Shown here in pieces: positions 35,894 to 44,216 of a stretch of 44,245 bases of DNA. The DNA comes from Escherichia phage SM_W22, in the sequence record PP920555.1; one strand, written 5' to 3'. Position numbers and translations under genes: made by a program. Each line of letters opens with the position of its first letter. Position 1 is the stretch's first letter. The notes below the pieces were generated by a model. The model worked only from the letters and a program-made list of their open reading frames with translations. It was not told the origin of the DNA and made no database searches.

Positions 35894-36322
35894 TTAATCT
35901 TCCAGTTCGAAATAGGTTTCGACGATTTCTTTTAGCTCTTTGTGGAAGTCTTCGACGTCGTCATCTTCCAGCTTGGCGATTGATTTGATCTCGAACGATT
36001 CCAGCAGGTCGTCGAATTCGTCGTTCGCATCGTCGTCGTCACCACCGGCAATAATCGCGGCATACTGTTTGATCTCGTCGCGCATCTCTGCCAGCGGATC
36101 GGCATCTTTCTTGCCTTTGCCTTTTGCCGGTGCTTTTTTAGACTTAGCCGGTTTTTCGTCTTCAGCTTCATCGTCGTCATCTTCGACAACTTCTTTTTTG
36201 GCCTTAGACGGCTTCTTATCTTCCTGTTTACCAACGGCAGCGCCAACGGTTTCATAATGCTTTGCAATGGTTTCCAGTGCTACTACTCCGCGAGTGATCA
36301 GGTTTACGATTTGCTCAAACAT
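35894..36322 (-). CDS. Acidic early protein (first gene of leftward early operon)
   Basis: Track ORF trimmed to Met at 36322; about 142 aa with long D/E runs interrupted by a K-rich segment. Confidence 0.5.
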   Translation of the reverse strand: MFEQIVNLITRGVVALETIAKHYETVGAAVGKQEDKKPSKAKKEVVEDDDDEAEDEKPAKSKKAPAKGKGKKDADPLAEMRDEIKQYAAIIAGGDDDDANDEFDDLLESFEIKSIAKLEDDDVEDFHKELKEIVETYFELED

Positions 36323-36727
36323 GGTATATCTCCGATTGGTTAAGTTTAGGTGTCGGCAGTTAACTTCGTCGGTGGCCTTAACATATTGCCAGGTTACGCG
36401 TTCTCCCGTTCGGGTAGTGGACCTGGTTATATAATCACGGTTGGGAATCCTGACACTTCGATCCGGCCCCTGCGTTGCCCCTCTCCAGTTTGCGTCCTGC
36501 ATCCTGTCGACGGAGTGAATGATAGATTGGTTGCAGGATGGGTGTCAACAACTAATTTCAAAAAAAAAAAAGCGCCGAGGCAAAATGCACCGGCGCTAAC
36601 CAATAAGAGACAATGAGACGGGAATTATTATTACACGCGTGCGCGCCCGTTTCAATATCCAAAGGATTTGACACCTTGTGGTTTTAGGTGTAGTTTCATT
36701 GGTCATTAACCAACAGGAGACTGAATT
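36323..36727. promoter_or_regulatory. Divergent early control region
   Basis: About 400 bp noncoding between divergent operons; contains TTGACA -35-like hexamer, ATTGGTTGCA motif (36526-36535), A12 tract and hairpin. Confidence 0.45.
36559..36597 (-). terminator. Terminator-like hairpin with 12-A tract (T12 on minus strand)
   Basis: AGCGCCG-13 nt loop-CGGCGCT preceded on plus strand by A12; oriented to stop leftward transcription. Confidence 0.35.
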
Positions 36728-37057
36728 ATGAATATCAAAGAAGCAATTGAAGTGTTATCTAATGCAATCCGCGGCGAAGCGGGTAAATCCTGGTATTACA
36801 CAAATGCGGTGGATACTCTGTTATTTGAAGTGTCCAGATTATCGCGTGCTGAGAAGGAGCTTACCGCGAAGCTGGAATTGCTCAACGGCACGGCAGCAAG
36901 CAAGCTGCAAAAACACAATGAAGAAATGGAAGAATACAAAAAACAGGTTATCCGTCTACGTGAGGAAGGTAAATCCTGGGCGATGATTGCCGAGTTGACC
37001 GGAATTAATCAGAGCACAGTGCGCTCCTGGGTACGCAATAATAAAACTTCTAAGTAA
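36728..37057 (+). CDS. HTH DNA-binding protein (putative transcriptional regulator)
   Basis: 109 aa; C-terminal helix-turn-helix-like segment SWAMIAELTGINQSTVRSWV; first gene of rightward operon; RBS CAGGAGA. Confidence 0.55.
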   Translation: MNIKEAIEVLSNAIRGEAGKSWYYTNAVDTLLFEVSRLSRAEKELTAKLELLNGTAASKLQKHNEEMEEYKKQVIRLREEGKSWAMIAELTGINQSTVRSWVRNNKTSK

Positions 37058-37067
37058 GGCCACGGCA

Positions 37068-39332
37068 ATGAGCTTAATTAAATTCGCTGTAACAAGACCC
37101 GCTAAAAAAGGCGAAAAAGCCAGGGCGGAAAACTTCCAGATGACGACCGATGAATTTTTCGAATTTATCAAAGATGCGAAAGAGATATCGTCGGTGCATA
37201 TCAACAAGACGGAAGATAAAGCCGAGTATGCGCGCCGCAAGCGTAAGGCCGATGGCATCGTGGCGTATACCAGTGACGGATTGCGTCGTAAGACCAGTGC
37301 GGTGGACCTCTCGATCCTGTTCTTTGATATTGACCGCACCGACACCCGCACCCTGCGCCGCTGCCGTAAGGCGTTCATCGACTCGGGTCTGGAACACGTA
37401 TTTCACACCACCACCGGCGACCGCCACCCGCTGAAGGGCGGCACGCGTTGCGCCCGTTTCCTGGTGCTCACTGACAAGCCTGTACCGGCTGAAGACCTGG
37501 GCCGCGTCCAGTATGCACTATTACACCAACTGGGTCTGTCAGATGTGGACTTCGACGATTGCACGAAAGATACAAACCGCCTGATGTACCTGCCACACCA
37601 GCAGTCCGTTATTAAGTGCCACTATGGCAAGCGCGCCAATGTGCGTCGTCTACTCCGTCGGGCGGACAAGCTGGGGGTGGAAAAAGAGGAAGTACGCCGC
37701 GAGCTTACCCAGGGCGACGACGCAGTGGCAGACGGCATTCTGGACTGGTGCTTCCAGGCCGGATTCGAGGAGTTATCTTCTGGTCGCGGTTATGAAGTGC
37801 CGTGCCCGAACGAACATCTGCACAGCGGCGAAGGGTCGACGGCTATCATGGTCAAGGATGGCGAGATCCGTTTCAAGTGTATGCACACCGGCAACGAGTG
37901 TTGCTCGGAGCTGAACAGACACCAGCACCTGGCGCTACGTCTTATCGGGATCCCGGACCACCTGAACGTCGAGCCACACAACATGTCCCGTAAGCAAATC
38001 GCCGCCATCCTCCCCGGACTGGACGACGAGGAAGTGGAATCGTGCTATGAACATATCGTTGATGCGGTCGGAGACGGCGACGAGTACGGCGGATGTACCG
38101 ACGCTGACCTGGATAACGAACCGGTCGCACTGTTCAGTAAGCACGACCCGATCATAGAAGGCCTGGTCAACTTCAAATCGACCTGGTATATGGCTGGCGA
38201 GTCGAACATCGGTAAATCGTTCTACGTGCTGGGGCAAATGGGTGCGGTTGCCGCGGGGATTCCGTTCGGCGGTGCGAAGGTCGTCCAGTCCCATTGCTTC
38301 TATTTCGACGCGGAAGGTGGCGAAGCCTCCAACCAGCGTAAGGAAGCATTGCAGATCAAATACGAGCACGACCTCGACAAGCTGCACATTATCGATCTGC
38401 AATCACGCGGCTGGGATATCACCAGCAAATCCGGCTTGCGTGAAGTTATCAGCTTCATCAACCGCACCGCTAACGGCGAACCGGTTGGCCTGGTGGCGTT
38501 CGACTCACTCAACCAGACGGTTGCGCTGCGGTCCGCCGATGCCAAACCGTTCGACGAGAACAACGCCAGCGATATGGGCGAAGTGGTCAAGGCGCTGAAG
38601 GCCATCGCGGAAAATACAGGCGGCAGTGCGGGCGTCATCCACCACCCGGCGAAGGGTGCAAACGGCAGCAGATCACCCCGCGGGTCCGGCGCGCTGCATG
38701 GTGCTGTCGATTCTGCGTTCTTCCTGGAGCAACCGGACGACAATCAACCAGGCCAATTGAACCTGTATCACGAAAAGGCACGTAACGGCATCAAGCAAGC
38801 GCCGCGTGGCTTCGTCCTGCTCAAGTGCAAGGTGAAGGTAGATCTCCGCAAGTCCGAGGCGTTCGAATCGCACCAGTCCACCAGCACCGGGCCTGACTTC
38901 GGCGACGTCGTTGCCGGTTGGGACGTCAAGCCGATTGCCTCCACGCCACGCGACGAGACTCTGTACCTCGTACCGGTCGCCCTGGCACCGTTCGCCATCG
39001 AACAGGCGAAGGCCGCAGGAAAAGCCGCGGTTAAGGAAGAGAACACCGCAGGACCGCGCACCGAAAAAGAAAAGGTACTTTACGCGGCCCTGGAAAAACT
39101 GATGGAAGATAACCCGGACCATACTGGTTTCAGTAAATCGGCAATCGTCCGCCAGGCGGGATTGGCAAAAGGTGGAACATCGACGAAGGCAATCGACGAT
39201 ATGGTCGAGCGCGGCGTACTCGGTTTTTATACCGATCCGCACACCGGGGCCATCTATGGGTCGTCTAATATCGTCATAAAAACAAACATACCAACCACAC
39301 TTTCGGCGACCGACGACGACTTAAAAGATTAA
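37068..39332 (+). CDS. DNA primase / replicative helicase (primase-polymerase N-domain plus RecA-like ATPase)
   Basis: 754 aa; N-terminal region with DxD (FFDIDRTD) and Cys/His cluster, central Walker A-like GESNIGKS. Confidence 0.7.
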   Translation: MSLIKFAVTRPAKKGEKARAENFQMTTDEFFEFIKDAKEISSVHINKTEDKAEYARRKRKADGIVAYTSDGLRRKTSAVDLSILFFDIDRTDTRTLRRCRKAFIDSGLEHVFHTTTGDRHPLKGGTRCARFLVLTDKPVPAEDLGRVQYALLHQLGLSDVDFDDCTKDTNRLMYLPHQQSVIKCHYGKRANVRRLLRRADKLGVEKEEVRRELTQGDDAVADGILDWCFQAGFEELSSGRGYEVPCPNEHLHSGEGSTAIMVKDGEIRFKCMHTGNECCSELNRHQHLALRLIGIPDHLNVEPHNMSRKQIAAILPGLDDEEVESCYEHIVDAVGDGDEYGGCTDADLDNEPVALFSKHDPIIEGLVNFKSTWYMAGESNIGKSFYVLGQMGAVAAGIPFGGAKVVQSHCFYFDAEGGEASNQRKEALQIKYEHDLDKLHIIDLQSRGWDITSKSGLREVISFINRTANGEPVGLVAFDSLNQTVALRSADAKPFDENNASDMGEVVKALKAIAENTGGSAGVIHHPAKGANGSRSPRGSGALHGAVDSAFFLEQPDDNQPGQLNLYHEKARNGIKQAPRGFVLLKCKVKVDLRKSEAFESHQSTSTGPDFGDVVAGWDVKPIASTPRDETLYLVPVALAPFAIEQAKAAGKAAVKEENTAGPRTEKEKVLYAALEKLMEDNPDHTGFSKSAIVRQAGLAKGGTSTKAIDDMVERGVLGFYTDPHTGAIYGSSNIVIKTNIPTTLSATDDDLKD

Positions 39333-39345
39333 ATTCTGCGCGCGT

Positions 39346-39442
39346 TGGTTGCCGATATGTGGATCCCCATATCGCTAAAAGACTAAATTTTGCGCGCATT
39401 GGTTGCCATTTTGAGTGTTTTTATCCAGTCGCATTGGTTGCC
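39346..39442. repeat. Three direct copies of GCGC(G/A)TTGGTTGCC-containing repeat flanking a GGATCC-centred palindrome
   Basis: TAAATTcTGCGCGCgTTGGTTGCC and TAAATTtTGCGCGCaTTGGTTGCC 54 bp apart, third GCATTGGTTGCC copy downstream; GATATG-tggatcccc-CATATC hairpin between. Confidence 0.6.
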
Positions 39443-39446
39443 GTGT

Positions 39447-39654
39447 AGTGTAAATATAATGAATAGTTATGCAGTTTTGCTGCATAAAGTAAGCGGGACA
39501 AAAAGCGGGACAAACAAGGGGCGGGACAAAGCGGGACAGCACCCCCGTCCCGCCAGTGCTGCCGCGGTTTTTAGCCGATCGGGACAGCGGGACAGCACCC
39601 CAGTCTTTCAGACTAGACGGGGGTCAATGGCCCCCCTCGTCTGAGACTGAATAA
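39447..39654. repeat. Copy B of duplicated roughly 205 bp iteron element (GCGGGACA repeats)
   Basis: Aligns by eye at roughly 90-95% identity with 12111-12313, including five GCGGGACA units and a GC-rich terminal hairpin. Confidence 0.75.
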
Positions 39655-39804
39655 AATCCGGAGATTGCAAAATACACGGCAACATGATGCGAAGTGCGGT
39701 CGTCGATGAACTAGGCAACCAATGCGGGTTGTATTATGCTGAGTGAAAAATGCAGTTTGCAGCCACAGCAGATAGCGATCAACTTTTTCATACGCGTGAT
39801 TAAT

Positions 39805-39844
39805 ATTGGTTGCATCCGTGCCAGCACCCTGCTATATTGGTTGC
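39805..39844. promoter_or_regulatory. Two direct copies of ATTGGTTGCA upstream of 39869 gene
   Basis: Copies at 39805-39814 and 39835-39844, 30 bp apart; a further GCAACCAAT at 39714-39723. Confidence 0.4.
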
Positions 39845-39868
39845 ACATCAACATGAGGACTGAACAAA

Positions 39869-40345
39869 ATGAAATTTCCAGTAATCATCAAAGACGGTAA
39901 ATCAACTATCACCTTCACCAGCAACGACCACGGCACTTACGAGAGCGGCGCGGCTTGCATGTCCACCCTGGAAGATATGATGATTCGTGTTAATTCAGGT
40001 AAAGCCTCAATTATTACCACCCTCGCGGAGAGTACCAAAATGAAAGCACTAATCTGGAATTACTCACTGGCCCTGGCAAAGCTGAACGAAGCGAAGGCGC
40101 TGAACGGCAACGTAGACCGTGCGCGCCAGTTTGCGACACTGGCACACCAGTCAATCATGTGTGCGCTAGACGATATGGACGCCAGCATGGATGGCCTGGG
40201 TCCGCTGCGTAAGGCAATCCATGAATACGCGCTGGCATTCTCCCGTGAGCGCCTGGCTTATCGCTTCGGTATTGGCGAGAAGGCAGTGACAAACGTCGCC
40301 AGGATTAAAGCCCAGCGTGAGCTATTCGCCCAGCTTGCGAAATAA
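39869..40345 (+). CDS. Hypothetical protein
   Basis: 158 aa ORF with RBS GAGGA; no motif recognised. Confidence 0.5.
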   Translation: MKFPVIIKDGKSTITFTSNDHGTYESGAACMSTLEDMMIRVNSGKASIITTLAESTKMKALIWNYSLALAKLNEAKALNGNVDRARQFATLAHQSIMCALDDMDASMDGLGPLRKAIHEYALAFSRERLAYRFGIGEKAVTNVARIKAQRELFAQLAK

Positions 40346-40354
40346 GGGGCTAAA

Positions 40355-40624
40355 ATGGGACGTAGACGAGCAAAACAGCTTTCGTGGCATATTCCCCTGC
40401 ATTGCATACGAATATGGGCTGAGAATGCAGTTGAGGGCGATTCTGTGTACTGGTGCTATCGCGACGACGTAAAGCCGTTGACGCAGACTCGCTACTTGCA
40501 CCAGTTCGCAGCACAACACGATTTCAGGGTGCGGACTTCCTTGCAACCAATGGGGATTCGTATTACATTACGCCGGAAGCCCGCCGTTGAGCGGGTAGGC
40601 AAACACTGGAGACTGAGCAAATGA
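40355..40624 (+). CDS. Hypothetical protein
   Basis: 89 aa basic ORF; contains TTGCAACCAAT motif near its 3' end. Confidence 0.4.
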   Translation: MGRRRAKQLSWHIPLHCIRIWAENAVEGDSVYWCYRDDVKPLTQTRYLHQFAAQHDFRVRTSLQPMGIRITLRRKPAVERVGKHWRLSK

Positions 40625-41166
40625 AATTACTATTCCGCCGCAACCACGACGGCTGTATCGTGGAGCCGGTCCAGGTAATGGCCTTGACTAAGAACGTGCT
40701 CCTATGCCACCAGGCAAGCGGCAAAGTATTCCGCACGCCAACCAGCACGCTGCCGCAGTTCTTCACAGTCCACACCCACGATATTGAGCGCGGCGATGTG
40801 CCGCGTAATATTCGCGACGGGCAACTGTGGGTCGTCGAGTACACCTCCCAGCACGGCTTGCGTATGCAGACCCGCAAGGGCGGCGTATCGGGCAACATGA
40901 TTAGGGGTATGACGTACTTCGGGCTAATCCACTACGAGCGCGTGGGGCGCAAGTACAGACTCCGCAAGTCGCAGCCAGCCTATGCGACCTACGACGCCCA
41001 CCAGGTGCAAGCGAAGATGGGCCGTGCCATACACGAAATCGTCAATCGCTTTGATGCCGTCACGAATGCACAGCGCCATGCGCAGGAATATGGCGTGGGG
41101 CTTATCCGGGTAGAACAAGACGGCAGCATGAAAGCTATCGACCCGCGCTCGGTGATTCTGAAATGA
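40621..41166 (+). CDS. Hypothetical protein
   Basis: 181 aa ORF, ATGA-coupled to upstream ORF. Confidence 0.5.
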   Translation: MKLLFRRNHDGCIVEPVQVMALTKNVLLCHQASGKVFRTPTSTLPQFFTVHTHDIERGDVPRNIRDGQLWVVEYTSQHGLRMQTRKGGVSGNMIRGMTYFGLIHYERVGRKYRLRKSQPAYATYDAHQVQAKMGRAIHEIVNRFDAVTNAQRHAQEYGVGLIRVEQDGSMKAIDPRSVILK

Positions 41167-41385
41167 GCGCGTCTATCCGTGATATGCTGATGCATAACCG
41201 ATTTGAGATAGGCGGTCGGGTATTTCGCAATTACTTCGTGGCGCGTGCATGGGCGCGCCATATTGGCAAACCGGAAGGGGCAATTCGATGCTATACGTCT
41301 TCGCGGTAGTATGTGGCGGTAGTCTGGCGGCCCTGGTGCTGTTGGCGTCGGTTATTAGTCTGGTTAAATACCTATGGGGCAGATT

Positions 41386-41673
41386 ATGATTCATGATGTG
41401 ATTTATTGGTTTGGTTTGATCTGCGGGCTGTGCCTGCTTACCGCGGTGCTGTTGGGCATCCTGATGTTCGTCGTATGGCCTGCAGTGGAAGCCGCCAGCA
41501 TTACCCGCATGACGTTCGAGGTATACAAGCGCCGCGGGATCACGGAGCACCCGACCAGGTTGCGCATGTGGTGGCTGTGGTATCGGGATATGATAGGCGG
41601 GCGAACATTCGAGGCCGTCCGGTCGAGTGGATGGGAGTGGAAAGGCGTCGGCAAGTGGTCCATTTTCGATTAA
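41386..41673 (+). CDS. Small membrane protein
   Basis: Track ORF trimmed to Met; hydrophobic TM segment (WFGLICGLCLLTAVLLGILMFVVW). Confidence 0.45.
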   Translation: MIHDVIYWFGLICGLCLLTAVLLGILMFVVWPAVEAASITRMTFEVYKRRGITEHPTRLRMWWLWYRDMIGGRTFEAVRSSGWEWKGVGKWSIFD

Positions 41674-41690
41674 TTATGCAAGCGTGATAT

Positions 41691-41725
41691 AGTCCCAGTG
41701 AGCTAAAACTTACTGGGACTTTTTT
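41691..41725 (+). terminator. Hairpin plus T-run immediately upstream of holin gene
   Basis: AGTCCCAGT-12 nt loop-ACTGGGACT perfect 9-bp stem followed by TTTTT, ending at holin ATG. Confidence 0.5.
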
Positions 41726-42016
41726 ATGGATAAGCTAAACGAGTGGTTATTTGCCCTCGCATGTCTGGCAGGCGGCTTCGTAGGCGCACGCATTCACGGC
41801 GAGGCTACGAAAGGGCCGCTAAACTTCGTGTTATATATCGTAGTTGGCTTCCTGTGTGCCATCTTTGGTGCGCCAGCTATCGCCGAGTGGGCTGGCTTAT
41901 CTGGCGAGCGCACTGTCGCCGGTTTGGGCTTCGTAACTGCAATCTTCTGGATGCCAATAGCAGCCCGGATCAGGGAGACTATTGAGTCGTTCCGACTTCC
42001 GGGGGGCGCAAAATGA
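41726..42016 (+). CDS. Holin-like membrane protein
   Basis: 96 aa with three hydrophobic segments and charged C-terminus; directly upstream of second membrane protein and endolysin. Confidence 0.5.
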   Translation: MDKLNEWLFALACLAGGFVGARIHGEATKGPLNFVLYIVVGFLCAIFGAPAIAEWAGLSGERTVAGLGFVTAIFWMPIAARIRETIESFRLPGGAK

Positions 42017-42258
42017 TTATCTCCGTCCTGTTGTTTGTTATCATAGGGGCTTCGTCCCTGTTTAACGTGTATGCGCCGTCCGTCCAGGATGGCATTTTAG
42101 GCCGGGTGCTGTATCTGTTAACGGCAATGACCTGTATTGTCGGTCTGTTGCAAACGGGAGACGTATCTGACGCCACCTGGACCGCGTTAATCTGGCTGTT
42201 TGCATTGCGCACACTGCGTAATGCTGTTTTGAATGGGGTAAAACATGCGATTCAGTGA
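42013..42258 (+). CDS. Second holin/antiholin-like membrane protein
   Basis: 81 aa, two to three hydrophobic segments; overlaps neighbours (ATGA). Confidence 0.45.
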   Translation: MIISVLLFVIIGASSLFNVYAPSVQDGILGRVLYLLTAMTCIVGLLQTGDVSDATWTALIWLFALRTLRNAVLNGVKHAIQ

Positions 42259-42736
42259 CAACGGTCTGAGATTTACGGCAGCATGGGAGCAATTCAGCCC
42301 AGTGCCGTATTTCGCGACTAAGAAAGAGCAGGCCCGCGGCCTGTATACCTGGGGCTATGGTCACACCGGCACTAATCCGCCGCGGAGCATTACCCGTGCG
42401 GAAGCACTGGAGCTACTCAAGCGCGACGTGGCGTATGCCGAAAACTGGGTGAACAAGTACGCACACCCGAGCATCAATCAGGCGCAATTCGACGCGCTGG
42501 TGGACCTGGTTATCAATGCCGGTCCTGGTCCGATCATGCCGGACGACGTCGCTGGTGACTTCGACGATGCGATCCGCCTGGGTGACTGGGCAAAAGTCCG
42601 TGCTACATTGCCACAATTCCGCAAGCAAGGCGGGGTGGTGCTCAAGGGGCTTGTCCGTCGTGCAATCGGCAGGCAAGCGCTATTCGATGGTAAGCAGTGG
42701 GACGTTGCCGAGCGAATCGGTCGTAACGCTGCATAA
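42245..42736 (+). CDS. Endolysin, lysozyme (GH24-like)
   Basis: 163 aa; TWGYGHTG and FDALVDLVINAG segments match phage lysozyme family signature with N-terminal catalytic Glu. Confidence 0.8.
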   Translation: MRFSDNGLRFTAAWEQFSPVPYFATKKEQARGLYTWGYGHTGTNPPRSITRAEALELLKRDVAYAENWVNKYAHPSINQAQFDALVDLVINAGPGPIMPDDVAGDFDDAIRLGDWAKVRATLPQFRKQGGVVLKGLVRRAIGRQALFDGKQWDVAERIGRNAA

Positions 42737-42752
42737 TACGAGGTGACACGAT

Positions 42753-42920
42753 ATGTTAAAAAGTATTCTTGATCATAATGCGGACGCGCTCGCCGCGCTG
42801 GCTAAAACCGAAGACCCTGGCGCACGCGCTATCATCGCGGACACTATCAGCCATGCAGGCGTCTTTGACGCGAAGCTGCCTAGCCCGCCGCCACAGGAAG
42901 AATCTGACCCAGTGACGTAA
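42753..42920 (+). CDS. Small hypothetical protein (coordinates approximate)
   Basis: About 55 codons after AGGTGA RBS, ending just before terminator; below track cutoff. Confidence 0.3.
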   Translation: MLKSILDHNADALAALAKTEDPGARAIIADTISHAGVFDAKLPSPPPQEESDPVT

Positions 42921-42926
42921 ACAATC

Positions 42927-42951
42927 AAGCCCGGTTAATTCCGGGCTTTTT
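42927..42951 (+). terminator. Intrinsic terminator after lysis cassette
   Basis: AGCCCGG-ttaatt-CCGGGCT hairpin followed by T6. Confidence 0.75.
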
Positions 42952-43015
42952 TATTTATTGCCCCAGTACCGTGGTATATTGCATCCAGGTCATCTCAATC
43001 TGGAAGTAAATTAAT

Positions 43016-44158
43016 ATGCACCCGCAAACTAAAATCACCGACGAGCAATTGATCGCAGAATTGCAATCCGGCACTACCGCGAAAGAGATTGCGAAGAAGT
43101 ACGGCCTTTCCCTACGAAATGTCTACATGCGCAAAGCCCGCCTGTCGAAGAAAGGTATTGGTCATGGTAACGATGCCGTAATCCGTAAGCGCGTTGCCGA
43201 TGGCTTTGGCGTTAAGCGCGTATCCGCCCTGGTGCGCGGCAATGGTGAAGAGGTCATGTCGTGGGTTATCACTGAGCAGGACAAGGAGCGCCAGCTTGAA
43301 GCAATGCGCGCCGTTGTCGAGGGTATGAACAGCGAAATCACACCGGCAGCACCAGTAAGCGCCCCGCCAGTCCCGATCCAGGCACTTGACCTACTTAACC
43401 TGTACACCGTGTCCGACTTCCACCTGGGCATGTTGGCCTGGGGCGAGGAGACTGGCGAAGACTGGGATATGGCGATTGCCGAAGACCTGTTCTACCGCTG
43501 GTTTGTCGAAGCCTTCGCACGCGCACCGGACGCAGGCACCGCCGTAATTAATATTCTCGGTGATATGGCGCACTTTGATAGCCTCGATGCCGTCACCCCA
43601 GCCAGCGGGCACGTACTGGACGCGGATACTCGCTACCAGAAGCTGGTCCGCTACATGATTCGCATGGTGCGCAACGTGGTGGAACTGGCGCTGCAAAAAC
43701 ACCACAAAGTCAAACTGCTAATCGTCCAGGGGAATCATGACGAGTCTGGCATGATTTGGCTGGCTGAGATGTTCAATACTCTGTACGAGAACGAGCCGCG
43801 CGTCGATGTGGATACGTCCCCGGACGTGTACAAAATGGTGCAACACGGCAAGACCACGCTATTCTTCCACCACGGGCATAAGGCGCGTTTTGACGCTATT
43901 GAAACCGTCATGATTTCAAAATTCAGACAAGCGTTCGGATCCAGCGAGTACAGCTACGCGCATGTAGGCCACTTGCACCACCAGAAGATTGTTGAATCCC
44001 GCAACATGATTGTTGAGCAGCACCGGACACTCGCAGCGAAAGACGCATATGCCAGCCGCGGCGGTTGGATGTCCGGTCGTAGTGCCAACGTAATCACCTA
44101 TAGCGCCAACTACGGCGAAGTAGCGCGCTTAACCATTAGCCCGGAAATGTTGAAGTAA
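43016..44158 (+). CDS. HTH domain fused to calcineurin-like metallophosphoesterase
   Basis: N-terminal HTH-like TAKEIAKKYGLSLRNVY; C-terminal GDMAHFD, GNHDE and HHGH metallophosphoesterase motifs. Confidence 0.6.
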   Translation: MHPQTKITDEQLIAELQSGTTAKEIAKKYGLSLRNVYMRKARLSKKGIGHGNDAVIRKRVADGFGVKRVSALVRGNGEEVMSWVITEQDKERQLEAMRAVVEGMNSEITPAAPVSAPPVPIQALDLLNLYTVSDFHLGMLAWGEETGEDWDMAIAEDLFYRWFVEAFARAPDAGTAVINILGDMAHFDSLDAVTPASGHVLDADTRYQKLVRYMIRMVRNVVELALQKHHKVKLLIVQGNHDESGMIWLAEMFNTLYENEPRVDVDTSPDVYKMVQHGKTTLFFHHGHKARFDAIETVMISKFRQAFGSSEYSYAHVGHLHHQKIVESRNMIVEQHRTLAAKDAYASRGGWMSGRSANVITYSANYGEVARLTISPEMLK

Positions 44159-44199
44159 CGGCAGCCAGTAATCCTCCCAGCCTGCCGATTTGGTGGGCT

Positions 44200-44216
44200 T
44201 TTTTGTGCCTGTTATA
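44200..44216 (+). promoter_or_regulatory. Possible promoter (extended -10 TGTTATAAT) reading toward terminase genes across window junction
   Basis: TGnTATAAT-like sequence CTGTTATAATCC near window end; terminase ORF starts at window start. Confidence 0.3.

Noticed and set aside
36671-36700. Confident sigma70 promoter call for the rightward early operon
   Set aside because: A perfect TTGACA -35-like hexamer is present, but the best -10 candidate at 17 bp spacing (TAGTTT) is weak; kept only as part of the general control region.
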